Shown here: in pieces, positions 51,519 through 62,130 of the stretch
Numbering within the stretch: position 1 is the first letter of the stretch
How the letters are laid out: every line of letters begins with the position of its first letter
NCBI GenBank assembly: GCA_042216675.1
Contig: JBDGTS010000008.1
Location: 64,001-128,000, forward strand
Length of the DNA stretch: 64,000 nucleotides
Origin: Halobacteriaceae archaeon
GTDB lineage: Archaea; Halobacteriota; Halobacteria; Halobacteriales; Halobacteriaceae
Direction: 5' to 3'
Notes under the pieces: model-generated
The model's database searches: none
What the model was told of the DNA's origin: nothing
Seen by the model: the letters and a program-made list of their open reading frames with translations, nothing else
Translations under genes and position numbers: made by a program

Positions 51519-52475
51519 TCAGTACTCGTCGAGACCGGTGGCGACCGAGCAGACGTACTCGCCGGTGGCCACCTGTGGGAGGCGGCGGGTCCGCCAGAGG
51601 ATGCCGTCCGCGTCGGCGGTGACCGTCGAGCGGTGCCGCCCGAACACGTCGGTCACTTCGAACAGTTCGTCGCCGCGGGAGACGCGGGCGCCGAGGTCCG
51701 CGACGAAGGAGACGACGCCGCCGGCGGGCGCGCCGTGGCGGTTGAAGTCGCGGGCGCGGGTCTGTGGCTCCCGTGGCGCGTCGCCGTCGAGGAAGCCGTA
51801 GCCCCGGAGGACGTTGAAGACGCCCTCGACGCCGACCTGAATGCTCTGCTCGTCCCAGCCGACGCTCCCGCCGAGTTCGGGGTCGATGGCGGGCGTGCCG
51901 TCGTCGGGCGCCGCGCGGGCGAGTTGGCCGTCCGGTCCCTTCTGGTCGAGGACGTGGCCCGCGCCGAACGTCTTCGCGAGTTCGAGGCAGTCGCTGTGGA
52001 GGTGGTGGTGGCGGCCACAGCGCACCCGGACCTCCTCTATCATCCGCGAGGTGGAGCCCTGATGGAGGTCGACCACGAGGTCCGCGTCCGTCGCGGCCTC
52101 GAAGGTGGCGTGGGCGATGCGCTCGCTGGAGGAGCCGTTTGGGTCGCCGGGGTACGCCCGGTTGAGTTTCGTGTCGTCGATGGGGTTTCGGTGTTCGGCC
52201 ACCTGAAACGCGTGGTAGTTGACGACGCCGACGACGAGGACGGCGCCGCTGAGTTCCGCCGGGTCGAGACGGGGGACGACGCGGCTGATGACGCCGACGC
52301 CGTTGAGTTCGTCCCCGTCGCTCGCTGCCTGCAAGTAGAGCGTGTCGCCGTCCGCGGCGCCGTTGATGACCGCCACCGGGAGGCCGACCGGCGACCCGTC
52401 GCGGGCCTCGCCCACGTCGAGGCGGCCGGTGTCGGTCTCGCCGGGGTCGGCGCTCGCGGAGCCCAGAGAGATCAT
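51519..52475 (-). CDS. Succinylglutamate desuccinylase/aspartoacylase family protein
   Basis: DGDELNG, LNRAYPG, DLHQG, ELGG. Confidence 0.88.
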   Translation of the reverse strand: MISLGSASADPGETDTGRLDVGEARDGSPVGLPVAVINGAADGDTLYLQAASDGDELNGVGVISRVVPRLDPAELSGAVLVVGVVNYHAFQVAEHRNPIDDTKLNRAYPGDPNGSSSERIAHATFEAATDADLVVDLHQGSTSRMIEEVRVRCGRHHHLHSDCLELAKTFGAGHVLDQKGPDGQLARAAPDDGTPAIDPELGGSVGWDEQSIQVGVEGVFNVLRGYGFLDGDAPREPQTRARDFNRHGAPAGGVVSFVADLGARVSRGDELFEVTDVFGRHRSTVTADADGILWRTRRLPQVATGEYVCSVATGLDEY

Positions 52476-52569
52476 TACGTCTCTGTACGCCGCCCCGGAG
52501 CCTTGAGCGGTTCGGTCCCGACGCCGCGCGGCAGGAACAGTTAACAGCCTGTGCCATATAGTGGCACAC

Positions 52570-53064
52570 ATGTACCGGGCACTGGTGCCACTCGACGCCG
52601 ACCTCGACCGGGCGGAAGCACAAGCGCGTGCGGTCCGGCGACTACCGGGAACCGGGGACGAACTCGACGTGACGCTGCTTCACGTCGGCGACGACCGGGA
52701 GGCCGACGTGCCGGCGGTCGACCGCGCGGAGTCGGTCCTCTCGGAGGTCGGTGCCGACGTGACCCGGATGGTCCGGCAGGGGGACCCGGCCTCGGTCATC
52801 GTGAACGTGGCCAGCGAGGTAGACGCGGAGGCCATCGTCCTCGGAGGGCGCAAGCGCTCGCCGCTCGGGTCGTTCCTGTTCGGGAGCGTCAGTCAGGCGG
52901 TGATGGCCGACGCGTCCCGCCCCGTGATGATAACGGGCACGGAGGTCAAACACGACCCGACGCACGTCTGTCAGTCTTGTGGCGAGACGTACCACCTCGA
53001 GGAGGGCGTCGAGGTGTCGGAGTGTCGCGCCTGTGGCGGCACGAAGGTGGAGGCGCGGACCTGA
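52570..53064 (+). CDS. Universal stress protein with C-terminal CxxC-CxxC zinc ribbon
   Basis: GGRKRSPLGSFLFGSVSQAV then CQSCG...CRACGG. Confidence 0.85.
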   Translation: MYRALVPLDADLDRAEAQARAVRRLPGTGDELDVTLLHVGDDREADVPAVDRAESVLSEVGADVTRMVRQGDPASVIVNVASEVDAEAIVLGGRKRSPLGSFLFGSVSQAVMADASRPVMITGTEVKHDPTHVCQSCGETYHLEEGVEVSECRACGGTKVEART

Positions 53065-53103
53065 CCGAAGCCGACTTGGGGGCGCCCGCCGAACGCCGAC
53101 GCG

Positions 53104-53364
53104 ATGGCAGACCGCTCCGGCGTCCAGAACCTCGTGGAGACGCTCGACGTCCGCCGCCGGGCCGCCGTCGGGTTCGCCGCGGGTGCGGCGCTGGCGGGGG
53201 CGCTCTACGTCCTGTTCGTCGTCGTGCCCGACTCGCCCCATCCGCTCCGCTTTCTCGCGTTGGGGTTCGTCGTCGCCGTCACGACTGGACTACTGTTCAC
53301 CGCCGTACTGGTCGCTCACGCCGCCTATCGGTACGTGAACGAGGAGCGAGACAGCAATAGTTGA
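53104..53364 (+). CDS. Small 2-TM membrane protein
   Basis: Two hydrophobic helices; fills intergenic gap. Confidence 0.7.
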   Translation: MADRSGVQNLVETLDVRRRAAVGFAAGAALAGALYVLFVVVPDSPHPLRFLALGFVVAVTTGLLFTAVLVAHAAYRYVNEERDSNS

Positions 53365-53461
53365 ACGATTGCCCAGTTTTTTGCCGGTGTCCCGCCGTCC
53401 TCGGCGTGCGCAACGGCGACGAACGGCAATTCTTTTCCCGGCCGGTTGCCAATCCGCAGGT

Positions 53462-54595
53462 ATGTCCGAGGAGTTACGGAAAGGGCTACGGGGCGTCGTG
53501 GCCGCCGAGTCGTCGCTCAGTAAGATCGACGGGGACGCCGGGCGCCTCATTTATCGCGGCTACGCTATCGAGGACCTCGCCCGTGGCGCTACCTACGAGG
53601 AGGTCCTCTACCTCCTCTGGAACGGGTCGCTACCGACGCGGGCGGAACTCGACTCGTTCAAATCTGCGATGGCGGAGGAACGCGCCGTCGACGAGGACGT
53701 GATGGACCTCGTCCGAACGCTGGCGACGGACGAAGACGGCCCGATGGCCGCGCTTCGCACCGCCGTCTCCGCGCTCTCGGCCCACGACCCGGACCTCGAC
53801 GCCGACCCGGACGACGAGGCGGCGAACCTCCGGAAGGGCCGCCGCATCACCGCGAAGATTCCGACGATTCTCGCGGCGTACGCGCGGGTCCGCGACGGCG
53901 AGGACCCCATCGACCCCGACCCGTCGCTCGACCACGCGGCGAACTACCTCTACATGCTCAACGGCGAGAAGCCGGGCGATGTGGCCGCCGACGTGTTCGA
54001 CCAGGCGCTGGTCCTCCACGCCGACCACGGGCTGAACGCCTCGACGTTCTCCTCGATGGTCACCGCGAGCACCCTCGCCGACCTCCACAGCGCCATCACC
54101 AGCGCCGTCGGCACCCTCTCGGGACCGCTCCACGGCGGCGCCAACCAGAACGTGATGGAGATGCTGCTGGAAATCGACGAGGACGGCGACCCCGTGGAGT
54201 GGGTCGAGGAGACAATCGACGGCGGCGAACGCGTCCCCGGCTTCGGGCACCCCGTGTACACGGTCAAGGACCCCCGCGCGAAGATTCTCGGGGAGCGGTC
54301 ACAGGAACTCGGGCAGGCGACCGGCGACGAGAAGTGGTACGAGTACAGCGTCGAAATCGAGGAGTATCTCACCGCGGAGAAGGGCCTCGCGCCGAACATC
54401 GACTTCTATTCGGCCTCGACGTACTACCAGTTGGGCATCCCCATCGACCTGTTCACGCCCATCTTCGCGATGAGCCGCGTCGGTGGTTGGATCGCCCACG
54501 CCCTCGAACAGTACGCGGACAACCGTGTCATCCGGCCCCGCGCGAAGTACGTCGGCCCGGAGGACCAGGAGTTCCTTCCCATCGACGAGCGCTGA
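53462..54595 (+). CDS. citZ: Citrate synthase
   Basis: KGLRGV, YRGY.IEDL, HADH..NAST, GPLHGGA, GFGH.VY, PNIDF. Confidence 0.96.
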   Translation: MSEELRKGLRGVVAAESSLSKIDGDAGRLIYRGYAIEDLARGATYEEVLYLLWNGSLPTRAELDSFKSAMAEERAVDEDVMDLVRTLATDEDGPMAALRTAVSALSAHDPDLDADPDDEAANLRKGRRITAKIPTILAAYARVRDGEDPIDPDPSLDHAANYLYMLNGEKPGDVAADVFDQALVLHADHGLNASTFSSMVTASTLADLHSAITSAVGTLSGPLHGGANQNVMEMLLEIDEDGDPVEWVEETIDGGERVPGFGHPVYTVKDPRAKILGERSQELGQATGDEKWYEYSVEIEEYLTAEKGLAPNIDFYSASTYYQLGIPIDLFTPIFAMSRVGGWIAHALEQYADNRVIRPRAKYVGPEDQEFLPIDER

Positions 54596-54815
54596 CGCCC
54601 TTTTATACATTCGGCCCGTCGTCTGAACGTCGTATATCCGTCTGACGCGGCGTTCATCCCGCCGCTTTCTTGCACTTTCACTTTCACCGCGCTTCCCGCG
54701 GGTTTAAGTTGGTCCGTCCGATAGATGAAGATGCGGTTACACGCGTTTCCCCCTTTCCGGCGTCCCCCGCCGGACCTCCCTCATCCTTACCACAGCGCCG
54801 CCCCTAGCCGCGGAT

Positions 54816-56027
54816 ATGCTCGACATCGAGGCCGTTCGCGCGGCCCGGGACCGAATCGGGGACGTGGCGCGACACACGCCCCTCGACCGCTCGCAGACGT
54901 TCTCCGAGGCGACGGGCGCGGACGTCCACATGAAAATGGAGGTGTTCCAGCGCACCGGCGCGTTCAAGATTCGCGGCGCGGCGAACCGCATCCGCACGCT
55001 CTCGCCCGAAGAGCGCGAGGCGGGCGTCGTCACCGCCAGCGCCGGCAACCACGCGCAGGGGGTCGCCCTCGCCGCCTCCCAATCGGGCGTCGAGTCCACC
55101 GTCGTCATGCCCGAGTTCGCGCCCATCTCGAAGGTGCAGGCCACGGAGGGCTACGGCGCGGAGGTGATTCTCCACGGTGCCGACTACGACGAGGCGTCGG
55201 GGTTGGCCCACGACATCGCCGAGGAGGAGGGGCGCACCTACGTCCACGCCTTCGACGACGAGATGGTGATGGCCGGACAGGGCACCCTCGGTCTCGAAAT
55301 CGTCGAGGACCTCCCGGACGTGGACACCGTCGTCGTGCCCATCGGCGGCGGGGGGCTGATAGCGGGCGTCGCCACCGCGGTGAAGGCTCATCGCCCTGAG
55401 ATTCGCGTCGTCGGCGTGCAGGCGGAGGGCGCATCGAGCGTCGCTCCCTCGCTGGAGAAGGGGACCCGCATCGTGCGCGACCACGTCGACACCATCGCGG
55501 ACGGCATCGCGACGCGCACGGTGGGCGAGCAGACGTTCGAGGTCATCGAGGACCGCGTCGACGAGGTGGTGACCGTCTCGGACTCCGAAATCGCCATCGC
55601 GGTGATGCGCCTGCTCGAACGCGGGAAGACGCTCGCGGAGGGCGCGGGCGCGGTTCCGTTGGCGGCGCTTCTGGAGAGCCGCTTCGACTACGCGCCCGGC
55701 GAGACAGTCGTCCCCGTTCTCTCGGGAGGCAACATCGACCTGAACCTCCTGACGACGGTGCTCGTCCGCGGCCTCGTGGAGACGGGGCGCTATCTCCGCA
55801 TCCGCACGGTGTTGCAGGACCGCCCCGGCGCACTGGAGGACTTACTCGACGTCCTCTCGGCGGAGCGTGCGAACATCTACGCCATCCAGCACGACCGCAC
55901 GTCCCGCAAAATCGGCCTCGAAGCCGCGGAGGTGGAACTGGACCTCGAAACGCGGGGCCCCGAACACGTCGACAGGCTCATCGCCAGCCTCGAAGACGCC
56001 GGCTACGAGGTCGACGTTCTCGTGTAG
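54816..56027 (+). CDS. ilvA: Threonine ammonia-lyase with C-terminal ACT domain
   Basis: QRTGAFKIRGA, SAGNHAQG, PIGGGGL, LSGGN, DRPGAL. Confidence 0.93.
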   Translation: MLDIEAVRAARDRIGDVARHTPLDRSQTFSEATGADVHMKMEVFQRTGAFKIRGAANRIRTLSPEEREAGVVTASAGNHAQGVALAASQSGVESTVVMPEFAPISKVQATEGYGAEVILHGADYDEASGLAHDIAEEEGRTYVHAFDDEMVMAGQGTLGLEIVEDLPDVDTVVVPIGGGGLIAGVATAVKAHRPEIRVVGVQAEGASSVAPSLEKGTRIVRDHVDTIADGIATRTVGEQTFEVIEDRVDEVVTVSDSEIAIAVMRLLERGKTLAEGAGAVPLAALLESRFDYAPGETVVPVLSGGNIDLNLLTTVLVRGLVETGRYLRIRTVLQDRPGALEDLLDVLSAERANIYAIQHDRTSRKIGLEAAEVELDLETRGPEHVDRLIASLEDAGYEVDVLV

Positions 56028-56058
56028 GTTTAAGCCCACGGCGGCCGACAGTTCGGTC

Positions 56059-56439
56059 GTGAAACGAATCATCGACACGGACATGGCCCCCGCGGCGGTC
56101 GGCGCGTACAGCCAAGCCACCTCCGACGGCGACACGGTGTACACGGCCGGACAGATTCCGATGACGCCGGACGGAACGCTCCTCGACGAGGACCCCATCG
56201 AGACACAGACCCGCCAGTGTCTAGAGAACGTCGAGGCGATTCTCGACGAGGCTGGCCTCACCACGCAGGACGTGCTGAAGGTGACGGTGTATCTCGACGA
56301 CATCGACGACTTCGCGGCGATGAACGACGCCTACGAGGAGTACTTCCTCGACAATCCGCCGGCCCGGAGCGCCGTCGGCGTCGAGGCACTCCCGAAGGGC
56401 GTCGGCGTCGAAATCGAGGCCGTCGCGTCCGACAAGTGA
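56059..56439 (+). CDS. ridA: RidA family reactive-intermediate deaminase
   Basis: AVGAYSQA, AGQIP, PPARSAV.V..LP; next to ilvA. Confidence 0.92.
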   Translation: MKRIIDTDMAPAAVGAYSQATSDGDTVYTAGQIPMTPDGTLLDEDPIETQTRQCLENVEAILDEAGLTTQDVLKVTVYLDDIDDFAAMNDAYEEYFLDNPPARSAVGVEALPKGVGVEIEAVASDK

Positions 56440-56630
56440 CCCGCCGTCGCCGCGCAGTCGACGCTGCACTCGCGGCGCTGGCGTTTCTGGTCCTCGCGCA
56501 GGGCTACCGCCTCGTCACCGGCGAGGGGCCGGGGGTTCCGCTCCTCCTCGGCGCCGCCGTCGTCGTCGGCGCCGCGGGCGCGACCCTCGCCGGCGCGTTC
56601 GAGCGCCTGCTACGGAAGAGAAGGGTTTAA
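56436..56630 (+). CDS. Small 2-TM membrane protein
   Basis: GTGA overlap with ridA stop; AALAFLVLAQGY.L pattern. Confidence 0.65.
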   Translation: MTRRRRAVDAALAALAFLVLAQGYRLVTGEGPGVPLLLGAAVVVGAAGATLAGAFERLLRKRRV

Positions 56631-56657
56631 ACGGCAGACGCGGATACGAACTACTGA

Positions 56658-56739
56658 GCCGGGATGGCTGAACGGTAAAGCGCACGCCTGGAAAGCGTGT
56701 CCCCGTCAGGGGTTCTGGGTTCAAATCCCAGTTCCGGCG
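56658..56739 (+). tRNA. tRNA-Ser (GGA)
   Basis: GCCGGGA acceptor; CACGC-CTGGAAA-GCGTG; long variable arm CCCC-GTCA-GGGG; CTGGG-TTCAAAT-CCCAG; G73; TTTAAA promoter at about 56626. Confidence 0.96.
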
Positions 56740-56889
56740 CTTCTGCGACGTTCACGAGACACGCTGTGTCTCGTGCGCCAACCAGAACGCGACGCGTTCT
56801 GGTGAGAACGCACGTGAGGAGCGAACACCGTGGGATTTGAGGCACGCGAGACGGAGTCTCGCCATCGGGTTCAAATCCCAGTTCCGGCG
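56740..56889 (+). repeat. tRNA-Ser downstream composite repeat (twin hairpin, antisense T-arm, hairpin, 3'-end duplication)
   Basis: 56867-56889 identical to 56717-56739 (23 bp); hairpins 56753-56775, 56781-56803, 56846-56862; TGGGATTTGA at 56831-56840. Confidence 0.87.
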
Positions 56890-56955
56890 TCTTCATCACG
56901 GATTCCACTGCGCTCCCACACCACTGTTTTCACTGGGGCGGTGCTGTGTCGAGAC

Positions 56956-57180
56956 GTGGACAGTCACCCGTCGTGTCGCGGCTACGCCGCGGTGGTCGTC
57001 GTCGCCCTCGCCGTCCTCTGCATGGCAGTGATCGCACTCGGCTTCCTCGTGCCCGATCGGCTCTTCGAGAGCACCGTGGGGCTGGTTGCCTTCTTCACGG
57101 CGGGCCTCCTGATGGTCGCCTGTGCGGTGGTCGCGAATCTGTACGACCTGCGTGCAGTCCTCCACGACGAATTCGGCTGA
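56956..57180 (+). CDS. Small 2-TM membrane protein
   Basis: Two hydrophobic helices; GTG start assumed. Confidence 0.55.
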   Translation: MDSHPSCRGYAAVVVVALAVLCMAVIALGFLVPDRLFESTVGLVAFFTAGLLMVACAVVANLYDLRAVLHDEFG

Positions 57181-57372
57181 TCACCGGCTGGCGGCCCTGA
57201 GCCCGAGATAGTACGCGCCGCCGACGACGACCCCGGTGACGAGCGCTGCGCCCAGCGCCGCGACCGGTCCCGACGAGTAGTTCAGGACGAACGTGACGAG
57301 GGCGACCACGCCGCCGCCAATCACCGCTTGCCCCCGGAGTGACCGTGCTGACAGCCACGCGTTGAGTCCCAT
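57181..57372 (-). CDS. Small 2-TM membrane protein
   Basis: MGLNAWLSARSLRGQAVIGGGVVALV..; two TM. Confidence 0.6.
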   Translation of the reverse strand: MGLNAWLSARSLRGQAVIGGGVVALVTFVLNYSSGPVAALGAALVTGVVVGGAYYLGLRAASR

Positions 57373-57630
57373 GCACCGACGTTCGCGCGCTTCGCCTATG
57401 CGTTGGTCCGCGTGCGGCCGAGTACCTCCGGGCTGAGGCGCGCCGATTGGCGCGAGGAGGCACATAAACGCTCCCGGCCACCGTCCACGTCCATGCCACC
57501 GACTGTCACACTTTCGGGCGGTAGCGGCCCATGTCCTGCGGTTTCGCGCCGTGAGACGGGGACGGCTGACCGCTGGCCAGCGCTCTGGTAGTAAACCTTT
57601 ATATAGAAGGACATTCAATCCTCGTCTACG

Positions 57631-59307
57631 ATGTCACAGCAGATGCAAGGCGGTCAGCCCATGGTCATTATGGGCGACGACGCCCAGCGCGTGCAGGACC
57701 AGGACGCGCAGGAGTACAACATCTCCGCGGCCCGAGCCGTCGCCAACGCCGTTCGCTCGACACTCGGCCCGAAGGGGATGGACAAGATGCTCGTCAACAA
57801 CGTCGGCGACGTCACCATCACGAACGACGGGGTCACGATTCTTCAGGAGATGGAGATCGACAACCCCACGGCGGAGATGATCGTCGAAGTCGCCGAGACC
57901 CAAGAGGAGGAGGCCGGTGACGGCACGACCACCGCCGTCGCCATCGCGGGTGAACTCCTGAAGAACGCCGAGGACCTCCTCGAACAGGACATCCACCCGA
58001 CGGCCATCATCCGGGGCTTCGATCAGGCCAGCACGAAGGCCCGCGAGGAGATCAACAACGTCGCAGAGCAGGTCGACCCCGACGACGAGGAACTCCTCTG
58101 CAAGGTCGCGGAGACCAGCATGACCGGCAAGGGTGCTGAACTCGACAAGGAGCTTCTGGGCCAGATCATCGTCGAGGCGGTGCAGGGCGTCACCGTCGAA
58201 CACGAGGACGGCTCCCGAACGGTGGACGTCGACTCCATCGAAACCGAGACCCAGGAAGGGCGCTCGGTCGACGACTCCGAACTCCTCAACGGCGCGGTCA
58301 TCAACAAGGACCCCGTCAGCGAGGCGATGCCGCGGAACTTCGAGGACGCGAACGTGCTCCTCCTCAACGAGGCCCTCGAAGTCGAGGAGACGGAGGTCGA
58401 CGCCACCGTCAGCGTCGACGACCCCGACCAGCTCCAGCAGTTCCTCGACAAGGAGGAGGAGCAGCTCCGCGAGAAGGTCGCGACCATCAAGGAGGCCGGT
58501 GCCGACGTGGTGTTCTGTCAGAAGGGCACCGACGACATGATCGAGCACTACCTCACGCAGGAGGGCATCCTCACCCTCAGTCGCGTCACGAAGAGCGACG
58601 TGCAGTTCCTCAGTTCGCTCATCGGTGCTGACGTCGTCACCGACCTCGACGCCGTCTCCTCCGAGAACCTCGGCCGCGCCGACGTGACGTGGGACGAGGA
58701 CGAAGAGCTGTTCTACGTCGAGAGCACGGACGAGGAGTCCCACGGCGTCACCATCCTGCTCCGTGGCTCCACCGACCACGTCATCGACGAACTCGAACGC
58801 GGCATCGGCGACGCCCTCGACGTCGTCGCCCAGACGGTCACGGACGGTCGCGTCCTGCCCGGCGGCGGCGCCGTCGAAATCGAAGTCGCCGACCGACTCC
58901 GCGACTACGCCGACTCCGTCGAGGGCCGCGAACAGCTGGCCGTCGAGGCGTTCGCGGACTCGCTCGAACTCGTGCCCCGCGTCCTCGCCGAGAACGCGGG
59001 CCTCGACCCCATCGACACGCTCGTGGACCTCCGTGCGGCCCACGAGGACGGCGACGAACACGCCGGCCTCGACGTCGAGACGGGCGACATCGTGGACACG
59101 TACGCCGCGGGCGTCGTCGAACCGGCCCACGCGAAGGAGCAGGGCGTCGCCTCCGCACAGGAGGCGGCGAACCTCGTGCTGAAAATCGACGACATCATCT
59201 CCGCCGGTGACCTCTCCACCGAAGGCGAAGAGGAGGAGGGCGGACCCGGCGGTGCAGGCGGCATGGGCGGTATGGGCGGCATGGGTGGCATGGGCGGCGC
59301 GATGTAA
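57631..59307 (+). CDS. thsB: Thermosome (group II chaperonin) subunit, beta-like
   Basis: [33 protein letters not shown] tail; TTTATATA at about 57598. Confidence 0.93.
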   Translation: MSQQMQGGQPMVIMGDDAQRVQDQDAQEYNISAARAVANAVRSTLGPKGMDKMLVNNVGDVTITNDGVTILQEMEIDNPTAEMIVEVAETQEEEAGDGTTTAVAIAGELLKNAEDLLEQDIHPTAIIRGFDQASTKAREEINNVAEQVDPDDEELLCKVAETSMTGKGAELDKELLGQIIVEAVQGVTVEHEDGSRTVDVDSIETETQEGRSVDDSELLNGAVINKDPVSEAMPRNFEDANVLLLNEALEVEETEVDATVSVDDPDQLQQFLDKEEEQLREKVATIKEAGADVVFCQKGTDDMIEHYLTQEGILTLSRVTKSDVQFLSSLIGADVVTDLDAVSSENLGRADVTWDEDEELFYVESTDEESHGVTILLRGSTDHVIDELERGIGDALDVVAQTVTDGRVLPGGGAVEIEVADRLRDYADSVEGREQLAVEAFADSLELVPRVLAENAGLDPIDTLVDLRAAHEDGDEHAGLDVETGDIVDTYAAGVVEPAHAKEQGVASAQEAANLVLKIDDIISAGDLSTEGEEEEGGPGGAGGMGGMGGMGGMGGAM

Positions 59308-59376
59308 GACCGGCGCTCACCACCTCACGGAGTCCTCACGAAGCGACTGCGACCCGGTTTTCCGCGGTTCGACGCG

Positions 59377-59838
59377 TTACTCCTCGTCGACGTCGAGTTC
59401 GAACTGCTTGTTCTCGACGGCGGCGCTCAACACGACGGAGGTGTTGGACTCGTGGATGTCCGCGTCCGAGAGCAGGGTCTTGATGAGGTCGTTCATGTCG
59501 TCGGTGTCGGTGAACTTCCCGACGGCGATGACGTCGTAGTCGCCGGTAACCTCGTAGACGCTGACCATCTGCTTTTGCTCCTGCAGGCGACTCGTCACCG
59601 ACGGGAGCGAGGACCCCTCGACCTTCAACTGGAGGATTGCGGTCACGTCGTACCCCACCTTGTCGTAGTCGAGGATTGGTGAGTAGCCCGTGATGACCCC
59701 CTCCTCTTCGAGGTCGTTGAGGTGGTTCGAGACGGTGGTGACCGACACGTCGAGTTCTTCGGCCAGCGACCGGAGGCTGGCGCGGCCGTCGCCTAACAGC
59801 GCGTTGATGAGTTTGGCGTCGAGGTTCTCGTACGTCAT
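59377..59838 (-). CDS. lrp: Lrp/AsnC transcriptional regulator
   Basis: [27 protein letters not shown]; divergent from glnA. Confidence 0.92.
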   Translation of the reverse strand: MTYENLDAKLINALLGDGRASLRSLAEELDVSVTTVSNHLNDLEEEGVITGYSPILDYDKVGYDVTAILQLKVEGSSLPSVTSRLQEQKQMVSVYEVTGDYDVIAVGKFTDTDDMNDLIKTLLSDADIHESNTSVVLSAAVENKQFELDVDEE

Positions 59839-59858
59839 TACACTCACAACCGTCCTCC

Positions 59859-59883
59859 GGACATTAGAATCTAACGAATGTCC
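59859..59883. promoter_or_regulatory. Putative operator between lrp and glnA
   Basis: GGACATT-N11-AATGTCC with inner TTAGA-A-TCTAA. Confidence 0.55.
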
Positions 59884-59960
59884 AAGACTAATCCACTTGC
59901 GTTCCTAGTTGCGCGAACCGTCATCCCTATATTCCCCGGAAAGAAAAGCGAGACTGTCCG

Positions 59961-61334
59961 ATGACAAACGGCAGTCCACGCACTGACGGCGGTCTCAGCG
60001 AGACGGAACAGGAGGTTCTCGACCAGATCGAGGAGGAAGACGTCGACTTCCTCCGCCTGCAGTTCACCGACATTCTCGGCACGGTGAAGAACGTCGCCAT
60101 CCCCGCCGACCAAGCGGAGAAGGCGTTCGAGGAGGGCATCTACTTCGACGGGTCCTCCATCGAGGGCTTCGTCCGCATTCAGGAGTCCGACATGCGTCTC
60201 AAGCCCGACCCCGAGACGTTCGCCATCCTGCCGTGGCGGCAGAGCGAGGCCTCGGCGTCCGCGCGCCTCATCTGTGACGTCATCAACACCTCGACGGGAG
60301 AACCGTTCGAGGGCGACCCACGCCGCGTCCTGAAGAACGTCCTCGACCGCGCCAACGAGATGGGCTACACGGTCAACGCCGCGCCCGAACCCGAGTTCTT
60401 CCTGTTCGAGGAGGACGAGGAGGGCCGCGCGACGACCAAGACGAACGACGCCGGCGGCTACTTCGACCTCGCGCCCAAGGACCTCGCGCAGGACGTGCGC
60501 CGCGACATCATCTACGGCCTCGAGGACATGGGCTTCGACATCGAAGCCAGCCACCACGAAGTCGCCGAGGGCCAACACGAGATCAACTTCGAGTACGACG
60601 ACGCCCTCACCACGGCCGACAACGTCGGCACCTTCCGCACCGTCGTGCGCGCCATCGCGGCCGAACACGACCTGCACGCGACGTTCATGCCCAAGCCCAT
60701 CGCCCGCATCAACGGGTCGGGCATGCACACGCACCTCTCGCTGTTCACCGAGGACGGCGAGAACGCGTTCCACGACGCGGCCGACGAGTTCGACCTCTCG
60801 GACACGGCCCACTCGTTCCTCGCGGGCATCCTCGACCACGCGCCCGCCATCACGGCCGTCTCCAATCCGACCGTGAACTCCTACAAGCGGTTGGTGCCCG
60901 GCTACGAGGCGCCCGTCTTCGTGGCGTGGTCCGACCGGAACCGCTCGGCGCTCATCCGCAAGCCCGCGGCCCGCGTCCCGGCGGCCTCCCGCATCGAGGC
61001 CCGCTTCCCCGACCCGTCGTGTAACCCGTATCTCGCCTTCGCGGCGCTCATCGCCGCCGGCCTCGACGGCATCGAACGCGACCTCGAGTGCCCCGACCCC
61101 ATCCGGGAGAACATCTACGAGTTCGACGAGGAGAAGCGCGAGGAGTACGGCATCGAGACGCTCCCCGGCAACCTCGGCGAGGCCGTCGACGCCCTCGAAC
61201 AGGACGAGGTCATTCAGGACGCCCTCGGCGAGCACGTCTACCCCAAGTTCGTGGAGGCCAAGCGCGCGGAGCACACGGAGTACCGCGTGCAGGTCAGCGA
61301 GTGGGAGAAGGAGAAGTACCTCGAGAAGTTCTGA
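59961..61334 (+). CDS. glnA: Glutamine synthetase type I
   Basis: [31 protein letters not shown]...[25 protein letters not shown]. Confidence 0.97.
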   Translation: MTNGSPRTDGGLSETEQEVLDQIEEEDVDFLRLQFTDILGTVKNVAIPADQAEKAFEEGIYFDGSSIEGFVRIQESDMRLKPDPETFAILPWRQSEASASARLICDVINTSTGEPFEGDPRRVLKNVLDRANEMGYTVNAAPEPEFFLFEEDEEGRATTKTNDAGGYFDLAPKDLAQDVRRDIIYGLEDMGFDIEASHHEVAEGQHEINFEYDDALTTADNVGTFRTVVRAIAAEHDLHATFMPKPIARINGSGMHTHLSLFTEDGENAFHDAADEFDLSDTAHSFLAGILDHAPAITAVSNPTVNSYKRLVPGYEAPVFVAWSDRNRSALIRKPAARVPAASRIEARFPDPSCNPYLAFAALIAAGLDGIERDLECPDPIRENIYEFDEEKREEYGIETLPGNLGEAVDALEQDEVIQDALGEHVYPKFVEAKRAEHTEYRVQVSEWEKEKYLEKF

Positions 61335-62130
61335 GCGCGGGGAGCCCCACGACCCCCGCTCCGAGCCCGATATTTATCGCGACTGTCATCGGGAGCGGCG
61401 GCGTCAGCGCCAGCGTTCCGACGGCGGCGCCGACGAAACCGACGCCTCCAACTGCGATAGCGCCCAGCGACGGTGCCGCGGCGTCGAGGCCGTCGAGCGC
61501 ACGCCACGCGGCCGTCGCGCCCGCCGCGCCCGCCGCGGCCATCGTCGTCTCCGTCGTGACGCCCGCGGCGGCGACGGCGCCGAGACCCACGACTGTCGCC
61601 AGCGCGAACCCCCGTGCCGGGTCCGGGCGTGCGATCCACAGCACCGCGGCGACGGCGGCCAGCCCCACCGCCGCGCCGACCACGACGTCCACGAGGTAGT
61701 GGACGCCGAGGACCAGACGCGTCAGTGCCACCAGTCCGATGAGGCCGGCCGCCCCGACGGCGCGGGTTCGGCGCGACCAGCGGTCGAGGACCATCGCCAC
61801 CCCGCCGTACAGCGTCGCGGCCGCGGTGGCGTGCCCGCTCGGGAAGCCCGCGCCGTCCTCGGGAATCCGGTGGAGGGTCGTCGGGGGGCGCGGGAGACCG
61901 AACCCGCCTTTCAGCAGGAGCGCCAGCGCCAGCGTCGCAAAGCCGGCCGCCAGCAACGCGGCGGCGTCGCGCGACGTGAGCAGGCCGCTCCGGGGGCCGA
62001 GCCAGTACACCCCCACCAGCGCCACCAGCACTACCAGCGGGTCGCCGAGGTGCGTCAGCGCGACGACGAGCGGCGTCAGTGCGTCGGGGACGAGCGCCTG
62101 TGCGCCGCCGAGTGCGCCGACCCCCCTCAT
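61294..62130 (-). CDS. PAP2 family phosphatase
   Basis: [23 protein letters not shown]. Confidence 0.88.
   Translation of the reverse strand: MRGVGALGGAQALVPDALTPLVVALTHLGDPLVVLVALVGVYWLGPRSGLLTSRDAAALLAAGFATLALALLLKGGFGLPRPPTTLHRIPEDGAGFPSGHATAAATLYGGVAMVLDRWSRRTRAVGAAGLIGLVALTRLVLGVHYLVDVVVGAAVGLAAVAAVLWIARPDPARGFALATVVGLGAVAAAGVTTETTMAAAGAAGATAAWRALDGLDAAAPSLGAIAVGGVGFVGAAVGTLALTPPLPMTVAINIGLGAGVVGLPALRTSRGTSPSPTR

Noticed and set aside
57373-57595. Long intergenic region with a 32-codon ORF upstream of the thermosome gene
   Set aside because: ORF lacks haloarchaeal codon bias and I see no convincing RNA structure
59248-59304. GGCGGCATG tandem repeats
   Set aside because: Ordinary GGM tail of chaperonins
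61294-61334. 41-bp convergent overlap of glnA and the PAP2 gene
   Set aside because: Low-information C-terminal extension, common in GC-rich genomes
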